Positions 49,960-61,805 of a stretch of DNA of 64,000 bases are shown here, one piece after another; positions within the stretch are counted from its first letter, which is position 1, and the number at the start of each line of letters is the position of its first letter. A program made the position numbers and the translations under genes. The notes under the pieces are model-generated. The model was not told the origin of the DNA, did no database searches, and saw only the letters and a program-made list of their open reading frames with translations. Source of the stretch: Syncephalis fuscata S228 (taxonomy: Eukaryota > Fungi > Zoopagomycota); the NCBI GenBank assembly GCA_025786725.1, contig JAHLTZ010000003.1, positions 62,001-126,000 of the forward strand, read 5' to 3'.

Positions 49960-51028
49960 GTATCAATCTTCTGTGATATTTAATTCATTAATAATTGAAT
50001 AGTTCCTGGTCTTCTTCATTAGTCAATGTTACATCAGTAGCTTCTAGGTTTTCTTCAAAGTATTAAACTTGTTTAGTACCGAAATAACAAAAATGTTATT
50101 CCATCGCCAAAGTACCCATGCAATACAAAGTTGACCAGTAGTGCATTTTTTCTTTCAGCAAGACGTTAAAGAGCATCGACTACAGCTAATTTTTTAGCAA
50201 GTACTTTTTATTAAAAGCGCGGGTTGATACAACGCCAGCCACCTTCAGGTGAATTATTTATGTTGCGAATATTGCCAGTAAGAAAACCACGATCTAAAGG
50301 TAAGTAGGCCACAATGGCAATACCCAACTCTTTACACGTATCAAGTATATCATTTTTTCAATGTTACAAGTCCATAGGCTATATTCTACTTGAATGGCAG
50401 CAATAGGATGTACTTTATGTGCACAGTGTAATATTTTTGCAGAACACTCGGATAAGTCAAGATAACGTACTTTACCCTCACGCACAAGTTCACCATAGTG
50501 CCAACCGTTGTTTCTATTAGCACTTTGGGATCAATGCGATACTGGTAGTATATATCGATGGTTTGGACTTTGAGTCGTTCCAAACTTTTTTGCAGCATTG
50601 GAGGATATAATCAGGCTCGGCGTGGATATTTCAAATGCCTTCGCGTATCACTTGAATGCCGTATTTTGTACAAATAAAGACTTTTCTCGATTCGAAGAAA
50701 GTACCGTAATATTAATTTTTCATTATGACCTAAACCATAGATATTCTGATTAAAGTATTAATAAACATAATATAGTTAGTGCTATATCACTTACTGAAGT
50801 GCCCTAGAAGGTACAGCCATGTTCTATAGACCGAAAGAGCGTAGCTAATCCAGATGCAATGTTCTTGTCGTTTTTTTCCACATCCAAGTCATGTAGTATA
50901 ACATTTTTAAGCGCTGCATTATTTCCGTAAATACTGGGCAACATGATCATGCATCCAAGGCCAAGTGCTGGTAATAAAGGACCATTCTGACCAAGCTTGC
51001 ATAGAGGAATATTGAATTTTTGGACCAT
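49960..51028 (-). pseudogene. Aldo-keto reductase (YakC-like) pseudogene
   Basis: [40 protein letters not shown] and [13 protein letters not shown] are recognisable. TAG replaces the Trp of GCTFW, and there are many frameshifts and losses of conserved residues. Confidence 0.8.
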
Positions 51029-52330
51029 AGTTGCTATAGTATGTTAAACTGCTAAAGGAAAGTAATGATGCTTATTCAACTAATAAATTAATAGTCTATT
51101 TATACCAATATGACATTGTTACTGTTTTGACATTCCGGACAGGGTTTTGTGAAAGTGTGACCAAGAAATATACCATGCGATCGACCACAAGATTAATATA
51201 CCTATCGAATATTAGTACCGATTACTAGTAACAAATGCCTATTACGACAATATGACGAGTAGCTACTGGTTAGTTGTAAGCATATGAGCAGCCACCTGAA
51301 CTAATATGCCGCGCTAATAATGAAATACTACAAGGCATTCAAGTTCTATTATTAGTTATGTTTACTATATAATGATAGCTTTATTCAATATCAATAAAGA
51401 AATAATCAAGTTTCTAGTCCAACATTATTTCTACTTAGTGTCATACAAGTTATTCAGTTTATTATAGTTAAACTGTGGTAATTAATGACCAATAAGGAAT
51501 AATTTTATTATAAAAGCAATACAACCAAACAACACATTGTATTCTGAGCGTTAAGGTAAGCCTTAATAAGCATCAGAAATTAACGTTATAGGATAGCGAC
51601 AGGATAAGGTGTTGCTTGGTCATCTAAGTTGCGATTTCTAAAACTAGAAGCGTAACAACATGACAAATTAAATAATTTAATAACGTGTATAATTGCTTTA
51701 TTGAACAAGGTGTCAATGATGATACCGCAACGGATAATCTATCTATTAAGTTTCTTGTACGGTAATTATGGCCATTGCCTGAAATGTAAACTAACGTTTA
51801 TTGCATGCCTAAATCGATGTTCTTTGTGTTTTATATTTATTTATAATGTAAATATAATTATAATCTAAAACTATAAAAGTATTGTATTTTTATACCGTGC
51901 CCATGCCGTTTTTAATACAATATAGGATATTTGGACCATATGTTATAACCTTTATTATATTACTATTTTTTTAACCATACGTTAATATATGATGCAGTAG
52001 TTTTTTACATTTGAGAAAAACCGCTTTAATATTAGACAACGGGACTCTGTGATACATATGCAATATACAAGTTATTTTATAAGTCATGTCTTGCAGCCCA
52101 TGACAGTCGTGCGCATGAACGATTTTCAATTAATAAATAGTGTATAATTTGAGAAGTTATTTACTTTGACTTCCACATTTTTATTTATCCATTTCACCTC
52201 TCAACACTTTTAAATACAATTAAACACTATTCATTACTATAAAATGTATAATATTACATCCAACATTAATCAACTCATGTGTAATTATCAGTATAATAAT
52301 GTAATTAATTAGTTATTTTTATTATTGCTT

Positions 52331-52475
52331 AATATATATACATTGTCATTATGATATTAATTGTTCAAAATGTCATTTATTTAGACAGATTGGCTATAGG
52401 GAAAGTGGCTGTTTAATAAACAACTTTTATACTAATTATATTAAACTTACATCACAAACACGCCAAAATGCACGT
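52331..52475 (+). repeat. Dispersed repeat family A, copy 2 (partial)
   Basis: It matches the first ~140 bp of 56010-56350 and the reverse complement of 10640-10780. Confidence 0.85.
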
Positions 52476-52571
52476 ATACAACAGCAACTTATACATGATT
52501 TTATTTATTGTATAGAAATATATTGGTGATGTAATTAGCTGTTAATAATTATACCAATGATATTTAATTAT

Positions 52572-54441
52572 TTAAAATGTTTGTTTTCTGATTATTTGTG
52601 TAAGTTTATGAGTCAATTGTCTATGTAATGGTCTTGTCTCCATGGTTGTATGACATCCGATAGTCGTCATCCCACCAAGTGGCGCTCGAGTTTCTTCTTC
52701 AGCGGTATCGTTCGGTCGTGGCCATCGTATGCCAAATACTGACAAAAATACAAGTACACGCAACATGTATGCTGTATCAAATACAGTTAGTGATGCAAGT
52801 ATTTCAGTAGGCTGTAGCCATAAGCCAAAGGTGATGTTGGCCGTATAATATACTGCAAATACTATATATGTAGCAAAGCCCAGTAATGCAAATAGTCCCA
52901 ACTAAATATAGCACACAATTATTAGTATCTACTATGTTGTCTTTGTCCTATTACTTACCCGGATAAACCGATAGCGACCTTTAGGATGTTTTTTAAGTTT
53001 GTAACCATTTATTCCAAACCATATTGCTAATCAATGGTTAGATTATAATTTTGATTCATATAACATACATGCAACTTACCAAATCCACCAAAAACAATAG
53101 TGTTAAGCCAGGATAATGCAAATATAATAACGTACACATCCATTTGATTCTCAAATAATATTCTAAAGCCATCGGAGCTTATGTCGCTGTCCATTGCTGT
53201 AAGTATGGTGCGCGCAATGTTTGATGCAATATCAATAATAATAATTGAACGAAGTAGTATAATGGACCTTTTTGAAAACAAATTTCTTCCAACAATTGAC
53301 CTGTTCGATTGTTAATTTGTATTATTACATTATGCTAGCTACATACCAATACCACAGTATTAAATCAAACGGTACACCTGATAAAATTGTGTAGATGCCA
53401 TACAATCCGGTCGATTTAGACGGCTGATATAGCATAGTCAGGTGCATTAAAAAAACTAATGTACATTCATAAGCTTTTTGTCATCAGATATATTGCCAGT
53501 ACTTACAAATACAGTAAACAATGGTGACAACAAACGATGCTAAGAGTAGATTCAAATGTAGCATCTTTAGCTTTGCCAACATTATAACGCGAGCACATGC
53601 GTATAATAAAGCCAGCGCTATCTGTGTGAATACAGTTAGCACTAATTACAAGCGATCTGTTATTTACTTACTATTACAGAATACATGATTTTGTAAGCGA
53701 TGTGCCATTTTGATGTAAGTATGGCATACCATGGATTGGGTTCTATCGAAATGTTAATATTACACGATGGTCAAATAAAATATGCTTACCTTGTTCAGCA
53801 ATGTAATGAAAATATGGAAATATACTAAATCTATCAATAAATGATAATGGCTGAGGACTACTCAATATTGCAATATTGCTGGATTATATTTAGTTAATAT
53901 GTCATAGTATTGCTGCTCATTCTGGCCCATGATGAAGTTGTCATTAAATCCAAAATTTGGACTATAGTTTCTTTCTAAAATGAGTAGCTTGACTGGTGGA
54001 AATCCGTTTCTTACTAGTTGTTGCATAAGATGGTCTAGCGACTCAGTTACCTAAATCAAATAAGTAAACACCTTTTTGTAATACTAAACTTACTAGCTTA
54101 TTTTTTTCGCAATTTGTATATGGAGGAAGATTTTGAAGGGCAAGTAGTGCAAATTCTGGATGTTTAGCAGACATTTTAGAAGTGAATTTGACAACTGGGT
54201 TGCTTTCATTGATTGGTGAAAATTTGCAGGTGTCGGTTACATTATTATAAGTAAGATGGATTTTAAATGCTAGGCCTTCGTAGCGATAATAAGGCTGTGG
54301 ATGAAGAAAATGGTCATTCAGTGGATAAGTTTCAGTTCGGGGCCCACTCGTAAAAGTAATTTTTGCGCTGACAGTCTTTGGCTGTATTGAGAAACAAATA
54401 GCAAAAAATAGGCATAATCTCTGGTAGTCTAAAAGGCGCAT
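52572..54441 (-). CDS. Orphan protein with signal peptide, extracellular N-terminal domain and multiple C-terminal TM helices
   Basis: The signal is MRLLDYQRLCLFFAICFSIQ. GFPPVKLLIL and EPNPW..TSKW are followed by several hydrophobic exons with canonical introns. Confidence 0.65.
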
Positions 54442-55678
54442 GCTTTAAGTCAAAGTAAAAGAATATTGTGGGCTTCAGTAATTAATTTGGTTACCAATAT
54501 ATATATATATATATATATATGTAAGCCAAGTACATAACTTGGGCTACATCCCAATAGAGCCAGTTTTAGCTCTAGGCCTTGTCTAGACATTTAACTTGGA
54601 CATGTGAAATGCCAAGCGTTTGTCACAGACACACACAAAAGCACGTTGAATATTGACAGCAATATGAAAACATATATCATAGCAATTTAATCGTGCTCCT
54701 GTTTTGGCGCCGTTCTTTTGTGCGATACTATTGATTCGAATAGAAAAAATAAAGCTTTAGTACTGACTGTTAATTAGCTGACCTGAATAGAGTAAACGGT
54801 TTTGAATGGCGACCCCTGACTCAAATAAAATATTGGACTAAACCGGTTAATTATTAAAAACTCATTGTCTAGACCGCTGCATGGTAGTTTCCTGTTCTGT
54901 GCTTTATTTCAATAGTGTTAGGAACTTTGTTGAATAAGGCCTTAGTAGTAAAAGCAAACATCTGCTCATCAGCTATCGCTGGCCGAGCAACACAAACAAT
55001 GATATGCTTAAACGTATTTTGTTTCTAATTGTAGCCATTGCCTTCAATTCTGCGTATTTACATTACATTCTATTGTTGCAGTTGTATAGCATATTGTACA
55101 AATTATATAGCGATATTACATGCTACGCTTGATTTCGATTTGGAAACAGCTTACAAAAGCTAGAAACTTTATCGTGATGTCGTTATGGCTTTATTGCAAA
55201 AGCTACGACAAAACTTAACACATCAAAGTTGTCAACGCATTAGTGCACTATTAAAAATGCCAATAATACACATTAGTCTTTCAATACAGCGATTAATTCT
55301 ATAAACTAAAAAGCAATAGTAAGATTAAGCATAAAATGCTGCAAGGCTTTATCATGTATACTATTCTGTGATATTATATACTGGCTTGTGAATAAGGTGG
55401 GCAGCGTTTTAGACATCAATACTGTCCACAGTAGGTATTCAACACAAATGAATTGATCTTTTATTACTAGAATAAAAGTATAAGGCACAATAAAATAAGA
55501 GTTTTTTGGAGTAGTAGTCTGCGGCTATTGCTCCAGTATAACTAGGAAAGTATATTGGAATTAGTATTAGTTTGAACATATGATATATTTGAGTCAAGCT
55601 TACCATGGTGGATATGCTCTAGTGCAACAGCAGTGCAATAAAGTGTAATAGTACTTTAGGATTATTAATTTTTAGATA

Positions 55679-55980
55679 TTTGAATTTGAATTTGAATCTA
55701 TTAGCTTGAGACAACGGTTTGTAGGACCTAGCCGCGCATTTACAGCATTTGCCTGCCACTTATAAAAATATAAACGGTTCTTTTTTGAACCTATCCGTAC
55801 GCAACGCAGAACCTGCCATCTACAACGGAAACTGTTGGTGGCTCTCCTCACATACTGTAATATTGATTATTTTCTTACGAAGGATTCTTTTACGCATTTC
55901 CTAAAAACAAGATTCAAACTAGGCAAACCAACTTTTTTTTTAAGAGAAAACGTGTTGATGTTTAGACCACCACGACTCCC
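55679..55980 (-). mobile_element. Older, degenerate copy of the same SINE
   Basis: It is colinear with 47108-47410 (GCAACGCAGAACCTGCCATCTACAAC is identical) and has an (ATTCAA)3 tail. The B box is mutated to AGTTTGAATC, and no TSD is recognisable. Confidence 0.85.
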
Positions 55981-56009
55981 TTCAATTGGTTATGTTATTA
56001 TTTCTTTAA

Positions 56010-56350
56010 TATATATATAAATATTGTTCTTATGATATTAATTTTAAATGCCATTTATTTAGTCAGATTGGCTATAGAGAAGTGGCTGTTTAATAAACGA
56101 CATTTATAATAATTATATTAATCTTGATCTTACATCACAAATATGCCCAATGCAATCGTAGAAATTAGAAAATAAAAGAAACCATTCAGATGCAATAATC
56201 CACACTGTACATAGATGCAATAACAATTAATGTGCAATGATATAAAATCGTAATCATATGGTTTCTATTAATATTTGATCAATATTTCTACACATGGATA
56301 ATAATAATAATCGGCCTCGTGGATTTCAAAGTAGTCAAATAGTATGTTAA
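56010..56350 (+). repeat. Dispersed repeat family A, copy 3
   Basis: It is colinear with the reverse complement of 10430-10780. Confidence 0.85.
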
Positions 56351-56978
56351 ATTCTTTATTTGAATGTTTAATATTATTACTAATACAGTGTTCTATTACA
56401 TTCAATTATATTATATGGAAATGCTAATGTTATTACATTACATTAATATTTATTGTAAATGATCATTTAAACACAAATCAATTAAGCGAATAATTATGGT
56501 CGATGGCGTAGAAAGATTTACTGTCCCAAGGGGAATCAAGTAAATTTTTTACGGACATTAACCTGTTTGTCATTGGTGCACTGTCCTTTTTAATACTTTT
56601 TTGTTGTTAATTCACTTTGACAATTACCTACTAAATAGTTTAATCTATTTAATACACCCAACATATCTAGCATTGTTTTTTAACATCAAGTATTGGTCTA
56701 CAAATGTATTATTATTGATACTATTATAAATATAGCTGAGTAGTTTTGGAATTTTTTTTTGTAATGGCACTGAAAATAGCCACGCTGCTTAACATTCCAT
56801 GTAGTCGTAATATGCAGCTAAACTGATTTATTTGAGAATGCATGTGGGTTAGCCTTTGTAGCTGCATCTACTTTATGTACCTATTTAATTCATTGTTTTA
56901 GTAAATTCGGATATATCGCTTTTTACTAGCTTGTTTATAACTATTTACTGTAATTCTTGTATATGTAATTACGTAACT

Positions 56979-57910
56979 ATGATAATTCTACAAATTTTTG
57001 AGTATAATAGTACTAATTGGAGACATAATCTACACGACTATGGGGTGTCCCGCTACATCCAAGTGGTGAGCTTCATATGTACGAGTTTATTACCAAATCA
57101 GCCAATGATTTGAAAACTATTCAAAATCGACTATTTAGCATTTAAGTACAAGTTTTCGGTATAGCTGTTATGGTTGTTATATTTATGTAAATCTTAAACT
57201 TTCAATCCGGATGATTGCTAATCAGTCACGTTTTTTTTCTGGATGGGGCTGTTTAATCCCGGTCATACTTGGTTTTGGCTGGGGAATAGCTTCAACCACG
57301 TATTTTTAATTTGGTAAATTGTCGAGAGTCAATTTGCTATTTTATCTTTGCAATGACGTTTTCAAATTTGTGCAATAATACAATTATGCCACAAAAGCAT
57401 AATTTATCGAAGTTACGATGGGTGTTAATAGCTGGCAGCTTACTTATAGCTCTACAAGCAGTATTTGAGCTAATATCTATAAGTCTTTCGTGGTGTACGA
57501 CACAGGTGGAGGAAGGCTGTACTACTTACTATCCGTCCTTTGTACCTTAGTACTGGTTTATTTGCTTATATCAATCAGCGCTTTATTTTCGGCAATATTT
57601 AGTTATGTAGCATATAACAGTACATAACATTTGGGCTGAAGTGTGGAAACAACTAATGCACAATGAAATTTAAGTTATGTGCCTCGTAATCATTTGTAAT
57701 ATTGTATGTGCAACCTGGGTAATATCAGGAATACTTACGAAATATCACAATACATTTTTTACCATAAATTGGTAAGGCTGCAATTATAATTAAAAACAAC
57801 TAATTAATAATTTTGTACAGGGTAGTTACATCAACCATTCTAATTTATCATTGTAGTAGAGCACGTAAAAATGCATCGGTAAGTACTAATGATAAACGCC
57901 AATTTCCTTA
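56979..57910 (+). pseudogene. Degenerate paralogue of the orphan multi-pass membrane gene at 39800-40882
   Basis: It contains RLWGVPLHPSGE, NCR and EEGCTTYYPSFVP*YW, and has the same 3' intron after the last Trp. There are several stops and frameshifts. Confidence 0.7.
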
Positions 57911-58113
57911 GCTAACCATAACTTAAAACATCACAATTCCTTGTAATTCCCCATCTCATACAGCAATTATCAATGAAATCAATTAAATTACAAATTGTTG
58001 TGCTAATATTAAAAACAATTAAATTTATTAATCATTAATTTACAAACGTATTATTTTAAAACATAATCTAGCAAATAATTTTATTATTATAACAATTGAT
58101 GATTATAAGACAC

Positions 58114-61100
58114 TCAATGATGCCAAATCATTACCATCTTCGCAAGCACTGCCATCGGCTTCTGTCGCCCATAAACTGATGTATCGCGTGATGTCTTTGA
58201 AATACGGCAAAAAAGACGATCACCAACTTTAAGATTACTGTTAATCAGCTTGCCTTTACCAGGCACGAGACGTGCAACAATACCTAAATCAAGCAATAAA
58301 GCAGCATAAGTACTGCCACTTTCTGATACATTCAACACAATGGCTGGCCAGTGTCTAGCACCCATTGTTGACCAATCGGGCGCACCAGTAATTAGGGAGG
58401 ACGACAACGACGAATTGTAAGATTTGACGGGACCAAGTTCCATACGCTGCAAAAATTCAATCATCCAAAAACGATTGGCATTGTTTTGTATTGAACGAAT
58501 CGTTCGCTCTTTAGCCAGCATACGTTGGCCAAGCAACTCGAGATGTGTCATGTCAAATGCCGTACGATAAGCAGTTCGTGGATCAGCATCACGCAGTAGT
58601 TGTGACTTAATCTGCCAATGCACCAACATATCAGTGTAACGTCGAAGAGGCGATGTACATTTGACGTAGCCACAATCATGCTCGCCAATACCCATCGTCC
58701 AGTGCTGGCCCGGTATCATTTGTTGGGTGGCCGGTGACATGTAAGCGCGTATTTTTTGGAATAGAATAAAATCAACAAAGCCATGACTCTGCTTTGATGC
58801 ATCGGCCAATGCTTCTGATAGGTAGTTTGGCACACCTACTGGAGCCTTTTGCACACGATAATGAACAGGCAAGTGTCGTTCATGACACCAATGACCACAA
58901 ACACGTCCGGCCATTACCATTAACTCGGCCACCATTAAGCGGGCTGGCGAATAAGATGCCCGCTCTAATTGTAGAGTTAATGAAGGTGGTGGCATATTTG
59001 CCAATTCGGGCTGTTTATACCGCAATGGCTGCAATGAATGCTGTGTAATCGGTAGCGGGAATGGATTCGTTGACATATTAGATGCCGGTAATGAGAACAT
59101 AAGCATACCACGCTCCACTCTATATGCCATATGCTTATTAGCCCATTGCTGTAAATCACGTAGATCTTGTTCTGCTTTGGGTGATATACTACTACTACCA
59201 CTACCACTATTATTATCTTTAGAACGTTGATGAATATCGCTAACAGTCAAGTTACGCCGTCCATCAATATGCCATACTCGCTGCATTCGACGTCTTATTA
59301 CTTTGTTTTTCATGCGTTGAATATTCGACCAGTCGAGTAATTTATCGACCGAGTCATATTGTAATACGTGTACATTCCGAATAATACCCGCCCGCACCTT
59401 AAAGTCTTCTATCTGAGCAGTGGTTGAATTAAGGCGGGCCGAGAAGGTAAGTACATTTTGTAAGTGACCGGCATTCTTGCTAACACCCAAACTAAATCGA
59501 TTCACTGATAGATTATCGGGCAGCATTGGATAGTGCCGTTCAGGGAAGTAGACGGTACTGCCTTGTGATTCTGCCCGACGTGATATTAAATGCTGTGGTG
59601 GAATGTATGCTGTGGGATCTGCTATATGTACATGTAGCCAGCAGTGGCCATCTGCTGTACGTTCAATAGATACACCATCATCAAGTTCCTTCGCACCCAT
59701 ATCGTCAATAGTGTAGACGGGCAAATAACCGAAATCATGTCGTAATGACCCAACAATATCTTTGGTGTAGAAATCGTTGGAACCAAGTGAATCAAGGCTG
59801 GCCGGGGAAGGCAGTGAAGGGATGGTTGTCGACTTTTGTGATTTATGTGTTGATATTTTAGTGTTATAATTAAATACGGTGTAGATAGTAAATGTTGAGC
59901 AAGTTCATTACATTGAAGGGTCACTTTCTCCAAGTGGGGCGATTGATGATGTCCATCAAGTGGTATTGATTCACGTAATGTTACTACATTCTCCCATTCG
60001 GGCCATACGCCCATATCAACGAGGAAGGCGGCAGCTGTATCAGCATTCAGATCGTCATAATAGCGTAGTGGTTTAATAATCTCGTTGTTGCGAATACAAA
60101 TGGATTACGTAGTGTATTATTAACTTCAGCATGAATAAATGCCCGAACCAATTCGAGAAAAGATATATCTGTATCACAATAGAGTTGTTCGGGACCGGTT
60201 GAATCGCTATCCGCTAACATGCCCGATCGTTTAAGATCAATCATTTTAGTGGCTCGTCTAAGAAATTCGGTAAATGCTGGCTCTTTATCACGTATCATAC
60301 GAAGGGCCGCTTCAATACGTTGCAATTCACCACAAGGTCTAAATCTAAATTGGCCCATGGAATGATTTTCATGGGCTGCTATATACTCGTAAGAGCTTGA
60401 ATGGAATCGTTCTGGAATAATTGTAATGGGTTACGGTATAGAAAACGATGTACGGCATATCGTTCAGCGTGAGTAATTTGAGTTGTCGATCCATCGGTGT
60501 TGAATACACGTTGAGCTATTTCATCAAGACTGGCATTTTCACGCTTCTCTTGTTCGTGTAACTCAGTATACATTTGTTGAATACGTAGAATAGATGACCA
60601 TTGACGCGATAAAGAGGTTCTATCAAAGGTGGATAGAATACGACGGGCTACTTGAGGCAGTAATCCTGGTTGTTCTTCTGTATTATGTATTAGCTGTTTC
60701 ATATCGACGGGTTCTCCACTGCCTGATTTTAATAAACCTTTTGAAAATAGTTCTTTAAATTCTGAAGATTTTAAAAAGTTTGGTATATGAAATATGACAT
60801 CGGTGGGACGGAAATCTACTAAATAATCAGCAGTTACCGCTCCTTGATACTGGGAATTATTAATATCCTTTGATGTAACAAGCATAAGTATTGGTGCTTT
60901 TACTCTAATAACATGAATAGTATGATTAGTATATATATATATATATTAATACATTACTTTAATATTTAATATCAACTTACTTTATAACTTCTACTAAATC
61001 ACCAACTTTAAAGTTCCATGCTGGTTCAACTGTCTCTTCTAGATTAGACATTATTTCATTTACTTCTTCATTATCTTCTTGTTGTCTATCAATACTAGAT

Positions 61101-61633
61101 GCTTTAATAGTATTAGGTAATTGAAAGCGCTGACCTATTTTATTCAATGATAGTTTATTTTGTTTCTGTTGTTTCTGTTGTTGTTGATATAGTCGTATTT
61201 CTTTTGGCTTTTCCGTAATTTGTAATGGTATATTCTCCAAAGGTGATTTGGGCAGTGTTGTTCGTCGATGACGTGATAAATGACGTTTATCAGTGTGTTG
61301 TAATGGATTGGACGTATTGCGTCGATATTGTTCTTCTTCAGCTGTTTCCAATAATTGTTCAAGTCGTTTGGCCGGTTGTTCTCTTGTCTTGTTATTCTTT
61401 GCATTGAAGGCTGTTTTTTGTATTGCTTGAGCAAGTGGACTCTTGACTTTAGGCGTAGCAACCAATGACGTGGTCATAATGCCTCGATGAGACAAACCAT
61501 AACTATATTGTCGTAGCCATAATGAATGTTGCGTACAAGATCTAAAAGGTAATACAACACTGGTTGTAGAACAATATCGCGATCGTAACGACGATCTAAC
61601 GCGATAGTCGACGACATTCGCGATCAAGTTCAA
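58114..61633 (-). CDS. Mitochondrial RNase II/RNB exoribonuclease Dss1/Cyt-4 (frameshifted in this sequence)
   Basis: Motifs include DMGVWPEWEN, RHDFGYLPVYTIDD..ELDDGVS, WLHVHIADPT, LMVAELM and TSPLRRYTDMLVHWQI. The N-terminus is presequence-like. Confidence 0.92.
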
Positions 61634-61805
61634 GTGTTAAGCGACACGTAAAGAAAAAGGCACTGGCGTATTATTTAATAAAAGAAAAAAGAAAAAAAAT
61701 TAAATCGCCGATATATTAGTATCCATAGGGGCAGTGAAGCTTATTATTTTTTATAGTGTCTTGTAACAAAGATTCCAGACCTCAGTAGTATATTAGTATA
61801 TTAGT

